From positions 1 through 59,546 of the forward strand of contig CAMTYL010000004.1 in the NCBI GenBank assembly GCA_947085985.1: DNA of 59,546 nucleotides, read 5' to 3'. This stretch comes from an uncultured bacterium. Lineage in GTDB: Bacteria > Patescibacteriota > Minisyncoccia > Phycocordibacterales > Phycocordibacteraceae. Made by a program: the position numbers and the translations under genes. Below are positions 47,325-55,997 of the stretch, piece by piece; the first letter of the stretch is position 1; every line of letters starts with the position of its first letter. The notes under the pieces are model-generated. The model worked only from the letters and a program-made list of their open reading frames with translations, did no database searches and was not told the DNA's origin.

Positions 47325-47624
47325 TTACTTGAGAGGTGCTTCTTCTTCCTCAACAGCGGCGAATGCGACGCTTTCGTACAGGTCTTTTAGAAGCTGTATG
47401 TCAGTGAGAAGTGCGTAAGCGATGTCTGATTTGCCGTCTTTTGCTGTAGGTGACAAATCTTCATCACCTGAGAGGATGTCAATGCTATCTATTGCATGTG
47501 CCAGAGCCTCCCATGTCTGAGTGGTGTGCTGGATAAAAGCCAGATGAGTCTCGTATCCGTGCGCGACTGCGTTTACTACTTCTTCCTCAACCGCCTTCTT
47601 TGTTTCCCCTTTCTTCTTGCTCAT
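47325..47624 (-). CDS. small acidic hypothetical protein (island)
   Basis: 99-aa ORF, first gene after a 10-bp-arm palindrome (47647-47680). Confidence 0.4.
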   Translation of the reverse strand: MSKKKGETKKAVEEEVVNAVAHGYETHLAFIQHTTQTWEALAHAIDSIDILSGDEDLSPTAKDGKSDIAYALLTDIQLLKDLYESVAFAAVEEEEAPLK

Positions 47625-47780
47625 AAATCATTTGAGTTAATCGAACTTAATAAGTCATCGCGGCCGCTTTGACTTATTAACCGTAGCCGAAGAATGCTGG
47701 ACAAACCAATCTACGTGTTTTATAAAATTAACAACCTTGTTTATATATCCGTAAGAAACACCAGGTAATTTACACGCAAA

Positions 47781-47805
47781 ATAAGGCCGCTTTTGACGGC
47801 CTTAT
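47781..47805 (-). terminator. rho-independent terminator
   Basis: ataaggccg-cttttga-cggccttat followed on the minus strand by TTTG; downstream of gene 47838-48590. Confidence 0.65.
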
Positions 47806-47837
47806 AAGAAGTGTTGTCCACTCCCCTTCAAATCGGG

Positions 47838-48590
47838 CTAACCTTTTTTCTTGAGTAAAGTCTTTTTCTTCAAAAGATTTATGGGGTTGCTTATCGCGGC
47901 ATAATCTTTGAGGAGTTGTTCCAAGACGAGAGATACTTCGCTCAGTTCTTTCACGCCACGCGGACTCGAATCAACAAAAGTCCTGACCCAACCTGCTTTA
48001 CCTTTTTCGAGAAAGGCCTTCTTAAAGTTCTGGCTTAGTTCTTCATTTGACCAAACAAGTAGAACCTTGCCTTTAGTTCCGCTATTAGTGTGCACCCGCC
48101 GTACATCGGTTGACGCGATTGAGTTATCAGGAAACCAAACCTTCTTGCCTTTGGCTTTTACAATAAAAATAAGAACGGGATGCGTCTTTACCGTTCCTGA
48201 AAGAATCCGCATTAAGTCTGTGCGAGTTTTAACGGAGAGATAATCAACTCGATATCCTATCTTTTCAGCAGACTCTCTCAGACGTTTTGCCTTATCGGAG
48301 TATTCCTCTATCGCGGCAATTGTCATGAAGCTACGACGACGCACATCTTCGTAATCGCCACCGAGCCTCCTCATACCCTTTAGCTCTCCTTTATTCCAGA
48401 GCCTAATGAATTCTTCAACGTTCTTTCTATAGATTACGTATCGCTTACTTCGACCTTCGCCTCGATACTTGGGTTGAAAGATGTCGCTATGCATATCCAC
48501 CTGCTTTCTCACGGAAGCGATATTCTTCCAATGAAGCAAGCCCGAGTCGGCAAGCTCGTTAAGTGTGAAGAAATCCTTGTCGGCAGCCAT
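47838..48590 (-). CDS. excisionase-like HTH N-terminal domain protein with unknown C-terminal domain
   Basis: N-terminus FFTLNELADSG...GEGRSKRYVIYRKNVEEFIRLWNKGELKG is paralogous to both halves of ORF 58321-58869 and fits the MerR/Xis-type HTH_17 pattern. Confidence 0.5.
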   Translation of the reverse strand: MAADKDFFTLNELADSGLLHWKNIASVRKQVDMHSDIFQPKYRGEGRSKRYVIYRKNVEEFIRLWNKGELKGMRRLGGDYEDVRRRSFMTIAAIEEYSDKAKRLRESAEKIGYRVDYLSVKTRTDLMRILSGTVKTHPVLIFIVKAKGKKVWFPDNSIASTDVRRVHTNSGTKGKVLLVWSNEELSQNFKKAFLEKGKAGWVRTFVDSSPRGVKELSEVSLVLEQLLKDYAAISNPINLLKKKTLLKKKG

Positions 48591-48718
48591 GCCTCCATTC
48601 TATCGCCTCTACCCAGAAAGCACCTCGTTTATGGGTACTTTCATCACGGCCATATGAAACCATACCTATACCCTTAGCTGTGCCTTAGAGAGGAACGCAG
48701 AGCCTCACGCGGGCATTA

Positions 48719-49186
48719 TTATTTGGTTGATGAGGAGTCTTTGGTCTGGATAGTCCCTCCAAGCAGTTCCTTGAAGCTGACATCACATTTCTTCATAGCT
48801 GGATTGAGGGTCATCATCACTTTAAATGGTGAAGTCTGTCCGGCAAGGATGGGGTTGTACTCAGTGAGAGCAGAATCGGAATTTATGAACTGACCATCCG
48901 AGGTGTATGTCGTTCCGACTGCCGTGACATTCTTGAGGGATTCACTACTGATGTTTTTAACCTGACCTGAAATCGTAAAGAAGCCGTACTCCGTGGTGCA
49001 CTTGTAGCTAAGGAGTTCGAGCTGGTCTGCTTTTGCGACTGCGGGAGCACCGGCTGTTGAGGAACCTTTGCCTGATAGAGAATCCGAGATGCTCCCTACT
49101 ATGACAAGGCAGAAAATAATGAGCACGGTAGCGAGAAGAATTTTCCCGATACGGGGTTTTGGTTTTGGAGTGTCTCCGTTATTCAT
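48719..49186 (-). CDS. membrane-anchored extracytoplasmic protein, unknown function
   Basis: 155 aa, N-terminal TM helix (ILLATVLIIFCLVIVGSI) then a beta-rich domain. Confidence 0.5.
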   Translation of the reverse strand: MNNGDTPKPKPRIGKILLATVLIIFCLVIVGSISDSLSGKGSSTAGAPAVAKADQLELLSYKCTTEYGFFTISGQVKNISSESLKNVTAVGTTYTSDGQFINSDSALTEYNPILAGQTSPFKVMMTLNPAMKKCDVSFKELLGGTIQTKDSSSTK

Positions 49187-49193
49187 GGAATTC

Positions 49194-49327
49194 GTGTCTA
49201 GCGATTTTTATAATTCCGGTGGGTAGCACAAAACCCGCCACCAGGAGAGGCCGAAGCCTCCTATAGAAGTTTCCCTCTATAACGCTAGACACGCCCTGAT
49301 GACGGGTTTTCTGGTGTCTAGCGATTT
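49194..49327. repeat. Three copies of a GTGTCTAGCG(ATTT) motif (two direct, one inverted) in a GC-richer intergenic region
   Basis: gtgtctagcgattt at 49194-49207 and 49314-49327; inverted core cgctagacac at 49283-49292; further local hairpins between them. Confidence 0.9.
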
Positions 49328-49404
49328 GCAGCCATGCCAGAGCCGAGGCTACTGGTTTAGGCCGACTGTTATTCAGTTGTCGAACACATAGATATGGTAA
49401 TACC

Positions 49405-50616
49405 TTACAGGGCCTCTGTAAAACTTACGTTACTCGTTATGCTCTTTTTAATAATCTGATTGATTCTAGGATCATACATAAACTCATCAATTCTGTTTGA
49501 AATAATTAGGTCAATTACTTCCTCCATTAATTTAATATCAACCTTAAACCATTCACGAGGTCTATATGATATTCCCTTTCTATCTAGAAGTTCGACATCT
49601 AGCTTTACGGTTGAAAAGAAATCATGAATTTTTTGTTCAAGGCCATGGGTCTGAATATTTAGACATCTGAAAGTGGAAACTACATCAACGTCATCAAATA
49701 AATAAGTTGCTTCGTTTTTCGCATTTTTAATTCTCTCTGAAACAAGTCCTGACGTATAGCCTATCTTGTACAAATCCTTAATGCTTTGGACACTTGCGTT
49801 GCGACTCTTTAAGACATATATGTATCCATTTAACACATCGGACTCCTCTGTCGTGTCTTTTGAGGTGGCGGTATTTTCAATCTTTCCAATTGAATAACCG
49901 TCGAGTTGCATTGCTTTATCCAAAGAACGAAATAGCATTTCCGATTGGGTGCCATTGTCAAATATGCACAAAGTACGGCCATCAAATCGATCTCTTTTCC
50001 CGCTTACATATTCGTATTTATCAACATCACCATTGATACTTTCTAAATAGAGCAGGACACCATTCAAGACATAGAAGCTTCCTTCCCTCAGGTCTGCTGA
50101 GTCGTATTTTGTTAACCTTCTCTTTTTTGACTCTAATTCCTCGTGCAGAACATTAAACATTTCTTTATACCGAGAAAATTCTTTGTTAACCTTACGCCTT
50201 GAGAGGAAGTCGGGCTTGATTCTGTCACTGGGCCTTACATGTCTCAATTTAAAAATATCTGAGTCTGCAGTTTTACTAAGCAAACCTAGCGGATCATTCG
50301 AAATGATATCTTCTACTGTCACTTCCTTTACTTCACCACCCTTGAGCAGACCATTAAAGTCATATTTCATTAGTTCCCTGACTTTTTTGGGATTTTTTCT
50401 GATTGCATGAAGTCGGGAGGCAAGTTTGAATTCAATAATATTTGAGATATCCGATTGAGGTTCTCTTTTGTGTTCTTCAAAATACTCTTGTATTTCTTCA
50501 AATGAAGATACCAAGATGCTGTCCTCATGCGATACAGGTCGTTTAGTAGACGTATTCTTGAGCAATCCGAGAGGGTCATTCTTTAGAAGTTCAAGAACGT
50601 CAGACCTCTTGCTCAT
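49405..50616 (-). CDS. T5orf172 / GIY-YIG-like nuclease-domain protein
   Basis: C-terminal domain GYIYVLKS...LYKIGYTSG...R...E..IH..F...REWF fits the T5orf172 (MUG113, GIY-YIG-like) pattern. The N-terminus has two NDPLGLL repeats. ATGA overlap with the helicase stop. Confidence 0.7.
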   Translation of the reverse strand: MSKRSDVLELLKNDPLGLLKNTSTKRPVSHEDSILVSSFEEIQEYFEEHKREPQSDISNIIEFKLASRLHAIRKNPKKVRELMKYDFNGLLKGGEVKEVTVEDIISNDPLGLLSKTADSDIFKLRHVRPSDRIKPDFLSRRKVNKEFSRYKEMFNVLHEELESKKRRLTKYDSADLREGSFYVLNGVLLYLESINGDVDKYEYVSGKRDRFDGRTLCIFDNGTQSEMLFRSLDKAMQLDGYSIGKIENTATSKDTTEESDVLNGYIYVLKSRNASVQSIKDLYKIGYTSGLVSERIKNAKNEATYLFDDVDVVSTFRCLNIQTHGLEQKIHDFFSTVKLDVELLDRKGISYRPREWFKVDIKLMEEVIDLIISNRIDEFMYDPRINQIIKKSITSNVSFTEAL

Positions 50617-52556
50617 ATGTTTTGCTCACTATTAATTTGTCGTAGATAGACCAGTGCCTCTGCCATTCTCCTCTCAAGTGGGTCCAGGGCATCAAAACTA
50701 GGTTCCTTACCTTTAATGAGGAAGAAATCCTGTATCTTAGGCCACAAGATAATAGCTTCATCATCTGTCATCTGAATTTTAAGCGCCTGAATACACTGCT
50801 GTACTGCCTTAAAGACCCTTGGACTCAATTGTTTAGACATAACCTCGAAAGCATTCTGAAACGGATTTATCGAGTAAATCAAATCCATGTTCAGTTCAAG
50901 AACATTCACTAGCCTGTTGGCAAAGACTATAAATTTATCGTTACCCTGCTCGACAATATTACTTGCTCTAACCACGGAGCTTACTGCAACGTAATCACCC
51001 AACTCTTTAAGTTCATCTTTGCTTAAGTCCGGGTAAATCTCTTGGATTACTTTCGGAATGAGAGCTCTGTTCAATACGTCTGGGTCTACCACCCCAGGGA
51101 ATGAACTCTGTATCTCAGGTGATTGAAGAATCTTTGCCTTCAAATCAATAAGGTCGTTATCAATGATTTCTCTTAAACGTGCAGAGCTTGGTTCTTTGAA
51201 CCCTTTTATGAAAATATCAACACCATTCGTATTGCCTTGGTCAGATTCCTTAGATCTAAAACTAAATTTAGGTGCCATTACTTCCTCCATTAGCAATGAT
51301 GCCGCTATTGCTTTAAGCATGTTATTTACACTGTCAGCAATATCCTCACTTTCTGCGTCTGGTTCAGCAATAAGGTTCGTGAATTGAGCATGGCTTTTAT
51401 TCTCGCTATCACGTGTGCAACGTCCAATGATTTGAATAATCTCGGTTAACGAACCACGGTACCCAATTGTCAGAGTGTTCTCACAAAATGGCCAGTCGAA
51501 ACCTTCCTTAGCCATTCCAAGAGCAATTACCATATCGATGTCATCTACCGTCTTCACATTGCGGAGATATGCCATAACCTTATCCCTCTCTAAGGGATTA
51601 TCGTTAACCAAGTCCGCTATTTTGATAGTCCTTCCGTCCGCACTTTTTAAAGAGATTATTCCGTGCTCATCAGTAGAAACATACGTGCCAATATGGTCCA
51701 AAATCGAGTCTACTTCGAGCATTTTCTCTTTAGTCGATTCAGACGCATTCACGCTAGGAATATGAATTATTGTCTTCTTTTTGAGGTCAATTATCTTAGG
51801 AATTGCGTCTAAGTATTTTCCTTTATAGAAATGGAAACCAATCCCTAGCGATTTAAGGTACTCGTATCCATTAAGCTGCTCGTAATAGTTGTACGTTACT
51901 TTTGTAAATTTCTGCTCATCCTTTGGTGACAAAACAGCAACTGAGTCACCGCGAAAATATGACCCAGTCATCGCCAGGATGTTAGCGTTGGTATTCTGCA
52001 TGATATTGCTAAGCAACTGCCCCAACTTACTTTCTATGTCCGTTGAGACATGGTGAAACTCATCAATTGCAACAAGGCAGTTGTTGAATGCCTCGAAGCC
52101 AACTTGATCGAAGGCAAATCTCAAGGTTGAATGAGTGCAGAGAATAATTTTTGCATCTGACTCCATGAACCTTTTAAAGGCAACGGTCTTCCTCTCTTCC
52201 CCGCCAGGTGAGCAAAGATCATATTGAGGATCGATTACCCAATCCGAGTGAAATCCGTCCTGGGATAAGTTTGTGGACGCAAAAGATTTGGCAATTGACC
52301 TTTCAGGGACTGCAACGATAATTTTTTTAACTAAATTGTGTTTGAGTTTCTCAAGGGCAACATACATTAGGGCTCTAGACTTGCCTGAACCTGGAGGTGC
52401 TTTTAAAAGCAAATACTTGGAATCAAATTTTTGGTATACCCTTCTTTGCATTTCACGCATCCCTTTACTGTCAGCAAGTATGCTGCTTCCATCGTGTTCG
52501 TATTCGACATTAATTAGATTTTCCATTTTGGGTAGCGGTATTTTCGTATAAGCCAA
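50613..52556 (-). CDS. SF2 DEAD/DEAH-box helicase (ResIII-like)
   Basis: Walker A KAPPGSGKS, motif II AIDEFHH, motif III MTGSYFRGD, motif VI QIIGRCTRD; about 200-aa helical C-terminal extension. Confidence 0.8.
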   Translation of the reverse strand: MAYTKIPLPKMENLINVEYEHDGSSILADSKGMREMQRRVYQKFDSKYLLLKAPPGSGKSRALMYVALEKLKHNLVKKIIVAVPERSIAKSFASTNLSQDGFHSDWVIDPQYDLCSPGGEERKTVAFKRFMESDAKIILCTHSTLRFAFDQVGFEAFNNCLVAIDEFHHVSTDIESKLGQLLSNIMQNTNANILAMTGSYFRGDSVAVLSPKDEQKFTKVTYNYYEQLNGYEYLKSLGIGFHFYKGKYLDAIPKIIDLKKKTIIHIPSVNASESTKEKMLEVDSILDHIGTYVSTDEHGIISLKSADGRTIKIADLVNDNPLERDKVMAYLRNVKTVDDIDMVIALGMAKEGFDWPFCENTLTIGYRGSLTEIIQIIGRCTRDSENKSHAQFTNLIAEPDAESEDIADSVNNMLKAIAASLLMEEVMAPKFSFRSKESDQGNTNGVDIFIKGFKEPSSARLREIIDNDLIDLKAKILQSPEIQSSFPGVVDPDVLNRALIPKVIQEIYPDLSKDELKELGDYVAVSSVVRASNIVEQGNDKFIVFANRLVNVLELNMDLIYSINPFQNAFEVMSKQLSPRVFKAVQQCIQALKIQMTDDEAIILWPKIQDFFLIKGKEPSFDALDPLERRMAEALVYLRQINSEQNI

Positions 52557-55098
52557 ACAGGTGCTTTATCCTCTCCATGTCAGATACGAAGGCTTCATCT
52601 TTATAACATGAATCTATCTCTTTATCAAGACTATCATGCAAGATTTTAAGTCTTTCAGGGAGAGCACTGTAAAGACTTCCTAGGCTTATGTCGCTGAAAT
52701 TTTCCCTCTCATTTATTATGTCACCAACTAACGAGGTTATGTGATGCTTCTTTTCTGAAGTTATTTCTGGAAATGGAAATGTGTTATACCCGAGTTGGCT
52801 TGAGTATCGAAGCCTTGTTTCTAGATTTCCGCACACGGTACGAATCCAGACCATATGCATCTGTGATGACACTAGTCCGAAAATCCAAGGTTCGCAATCG
52901 TATACAGCAAAAGCAAGGTTCGACACGATTGTGTCGCTACCTACGAAGCCGATTGGAATGTACTTCCTCTTTTCAGACGAGACTGATGGCACTACCAGGG
53001 TCTGAGAGTGTGTTTCTCTGAACTCTCTAAATTGATACGGACGTTCCGCAAGTCTACGTGCACCAGCATCTCTTTTAGATAACCTGAATTCCCTTACTCT
53101 ATCAACCCTTTCTTTTACTGCCTGAATTGAAGTGGCTTCTTCTACCTCATCTGAGTCTATCCAAAGACACCACCGCTCAATACTGTTTATAAATTCGTCC
53201 GAGCCGACTAGTTTTTTCAGAAACTTAGAAGCTTTAGGCGAATCTGTCGTAAGCTTGACCATTTCTTCCTTACTAAGAAGAAGATTTTGGTCATCGTATG
53301 GCATGTTGCCTTTCTGCATGACAGGCAATTCTTTAGATACAGGTTTCCTCTCCTCTTTAACTATTGTTCTCGTTGAATTAATTAGATATGGCCCAATACT
53401 ATCGGTGTATATGACTTTATTATCTGCATACAAATATTTAGTCTCTCGTTGGTTGTTTGAGTCAGTTAGCGCGACAATGATTACCGTCACGCCCGTAGAA
53501 GGTGTTGCGTCACCCCTCCATTTAAATGAACGATAAGCGAAAGAAATGTCACAATTGAGAGCATAAATTTTACTCCACACAAACGAAACCTGTGTACCCT
53601 GACAAATTGAATTTGTAATCACCAGGGCACATTCAGACTTCGACCCCTTAATATACTCAGCCGATTTGTATAGCCAGCTAGCACTATAGTCTGTGTCTCC
53701 CAAACGCTCAGAATCAAACACCGATTGCATTTTCTTCTTCTCTTGAGATGAAATCTTTTTCGCACCTTTAAATTCAGGACTTCCAATGATATAGACATTG
53801 TCATTGTTTGGACAGGCATCCTTCCAATTTGAAAGAAGCTGGTCCCCCTTTTTAATATTTACGTTGTTGTAGGTACTAAGTAAGTCACCTTCTTCAAAGA
53901 ATTCATTGCTGTGCAAATACTGCAAATACGAAACCCAGAGCGTTAGGTGAGAGAATTTAAATGACAAATCGTTATCTACCAAGCCGATAAAGTTATTAAG
54001 ATTAACTTCCCTGGAAGGATTTTGCCCTTTTAGCTTATTGATAAGTGTCAGCAGATCAACAATGCTTGTAAATGAAGATGACAAGAAACAGCCAGGGCCA
54101 TTTGTTGGGTCAAAGAAAACCTTGTTAAGCAGTTCCTCCTTTATTTTTTGAAGTCTCTCTGCATCATCTTTATTTATAGAAATTAAATCTTCGTACTTAT
54201 TTATAAATAGCGGATTCAATAATTTAGCTATATTGTTGTGAGAAATAAAACGCCCGTAAATACCTGGATTGCTGTCCTTCTGCGTCAGCTTATAGGTAAG
54301 AGTACCCAGTACTTCTGGGTCAATATTAATTAACTCATAACATAAGATCTTTGCGGAGAGTTCAAAACTGATTAGATTTATATGCGGTAGTGTATTTTTG
54401 GTGTGCCCAAATCTTCCAAAGAAGGGCAACTTGGCAAAGGATGCATCATTCGTAATATTTTCTAATGTTGCATCAAAAATACCTTTGATTTGGAAATTGT
54501 AGTCTAATTCTTGTGAAGCAAATATCCATTGAAAGTATTTCTCTATCTCTTTGTTCTTGGTGATTGATTTACTGAAACTTAAGTAAACAAGCGACAATGC
54601 GTAGTCGGTAATCTCCTCTCCCAAAGAATCATTTTTCTTATCGAGACTTAACTGATTAAATAAACTTGCCATTAACTCCACGAAATCCAGAGTCGTTGTC
54701 AGGTCTCTTTCATCTGTCTTGCCGTATATCAACGGATTAAAAAAGCTTACATGTTTGTAAACTTCATTTGGACTAAATTCAATTAATTCATCCGTAACTA
54801 AATCCTTGCACATAACAACGTTGGAATTTAATAAAACAACAATTCTCGGAGCCTCTGTTAAACCAGCTTCAACAGAAGCAAAATCATCTTTACTCACTAT
54901 GCTTTTATCGTAGATAAAAACGGCTCTTTTGTAGATATAGATTGGTTTTAAAAAGGACTGTTTCTTGGCATTCTCAATTGATCGTTTAATTGTCGAATCT
55001 GAGATTTGTAGTGCCGAAAGTAGCTCCTCAATATATTGGGAAACTTCAATGAAACGAATTCCTTGTAATGAGTTAGTTATTTCGTTAACAGTCCTCAT
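52510..55098 (-). CDS. MmeI-family (type IIL R-M enzyme-like) protein with non-canonical catalytic motifs
   Basis: Colinear by eye with MmeI as I recall it: RIVVLLNSNVVMCKDL.. / SAM motif I FFDPTNGPGCFL / motif IV position YIIGSPEFKG / ITNSICQGTQVSFVW / FINSIERWCLWID / RKYIPIGFV...FGLVSSQMHMVWIR...RLRYSSQLGYNTFPFP. Confidence 0.75.
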   Translation of the reverse strand: MRTVNEITNSLQGIRFIEVSQYIEELLSALQISDSTIKRSIENAKKQSFLKPIYIYKRAVFIYDKSIVSKDDFASVEAGLTEAPRIVVLLNSNVVMCKDLVTDELIEFSPNEVYKHVSFFNPLIYGKTDERDLTTTLDFVELMASLFNQLSLDKKNDSLGEEITDYALSLVYLSFSKSITKNKEIEKYFQWIFASQELDYNFQIKGIFDATLENITNDASFAKLPFFGRFGHTKNTLPHINLISFELSAKILCYELINIDPEVLGTLTYKLTQKDSNPGIYGRFISHNNIAKLLNPLFINKYEDLISINKDDAERLQKIKEELLNKVFFDPTNGPGCFLSSSFTSIVDLLTLINKLKGQNPSREVNLNNFIGLVDNDLSFKFSHLTLWVSYLQYLHSNEFFEEGDLLSTYNNVNIKKGDQLLSNWKDACPNNDNVYIIGSPEFKGAKKISSQEKKKMQSVFDSERLGDTDYSASWLYKSAEYIKGSKSECALVITNSICQGTQVSFVWSKIYALNCDISFAYRSFKWRGDATPSTGVTVIIVALTDSNNQRETKYLYADNKVIYTDSIGPYLINSTRTIVKEERKPVSKELPVMQKGNMPYDDQNLLLSKEEMVKLTTDSPKASKFLKKLVGSDEFINSIERWCLWIDSDEVEEATSIQAVKERVDRVREFRLSKRDAGARRLAERPYQFREFRETHSQTLVVPSVSSEKRKYIPIGFVGSDTIVSNLAFAVYDCEPWIFGLVSSQMHMVWIRTVCGNLETRLRYSSQLGYNTFPFPEITSEKKHHITSLVGDIINERENFSDISLGSLYSALPERLKILHDSLDKEIDSCYKDEAFVSDMERIKHLFGLYENTATQNGKSN

Positions 55099-55997
55099 AC
55101 TGTATCGAAATTCTTATAAATAAGTCTTGCGACGTATTCTGCCATCTTTACCGGAACAGCATTTCCTATCAACTGTTCTACCTGTGACCTTGTGCCTTCA
55201 AATATAAATTCCTTTGGGAAAGTCTGAATGTAACTACGCTCCTTACTTGTTAGTGCACGTACTTTACTTAGATCTGTTGTTTTATCTGCACTATGCACAG
55301 CGTACGTTTTTGGAATGGGTCTATTGACCCCTCTTATTGTTGAACTTGGTTCATCAATTGAGAATATTGCTCTGCGACTGTAGCTCCTTGGGTGCATATA
55401 GTAAAACTCCGTTTTCAGGCTTTTGCCGAAGTAGTCTCTAACTGTCATATGCTTCTTGGATAGATTCTTATGCAAAATATCTTCCAAGAAATTGTCCTCA
55501 CTACCCAATTTCCCAATCACAAAAAAGCGTTTGCGGGATTGAGGTACGCCCATAAGACTAGCATCAAAGACACCTTTAGTGATTCCATACCCTGCTTTTT
55601 TAAAATTACCTATCGCTTTGGCTAAAACGGGAGATTTTTCGATGTTGTAAACATTCTCCATTACAAACCACTCAGGACGGAGGCTTGAAACTATATTGCT
55701 AAATACCAATGTCAGGTTAGCTCTTTTCCCTTTAAAGTTCCTACCTCCAGCAATTGAGAAATCTTGGCATGGAGGTCCCCCAATAATAATGTCTGGCTTG
55801 AATTTACTAAGTTCTTCAATCACAGATGGATCAAATAGATCCTTTTGAAAAACAGGGTGGTCGAAGTTTTTCTTATAGACTTCGACAGCGGGAGCCCAAT
55901 TGTCATATGCTGACACCACATCAAAACCAGCATTTTGGAAGCCTAGTGACATTCCTCCACAGCCAGCAAACAAATCTACTAATTTAATTTTTTTCAT
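55095..55997 (-). CDS. DNA (cytosine-5)-methyltransferase, copy 2
   Basis: Motif I DLFAGCGGMSLGF, motif IV GGPPCQDFS, motif VI ENV, motif VIII QSRKRFFVIG, motif X GNAVPV. ATGA overlap with the downstream gene. Confidence 0.9.
   Translation of the reverse strand: MKKIKLVDLFAGCGGMSLGFQNAGFDVVSAYDNWAPAVEVYKKNFDHPVFQKDLFDPSVIEELSKFKPDIIIGGPPCQDFSIAGGRNFKGKRANLTLVFSNIVSSLRPEWFVMENVYNIEKSPVLAKAIGNFKKAGYGITKGVFDASLMGVPQSRKRFFVIGKLGSEDNFLEDILHKNLSKKHMTVRDYFGKSLKTEFYYMHPRSYSRRAIFSIDEPSSTIRGVNRPIPKTYAVHSADKTTDLSKVRALTSKERSYIQTFPKEFIFEGTRSQVEQLIGNAVPVKMAEYVARLIYKNFDTV

Noticed and set aside
49187-49404. Retron msr/msd-like or type III toxin-antitoxin RNA
   Set aside because: There is no reverse transcriptase or ToxN-like gene nearby. 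The repeats are only 10-14 nt and not tandem. I kept it as a generic structured-spacer finding.
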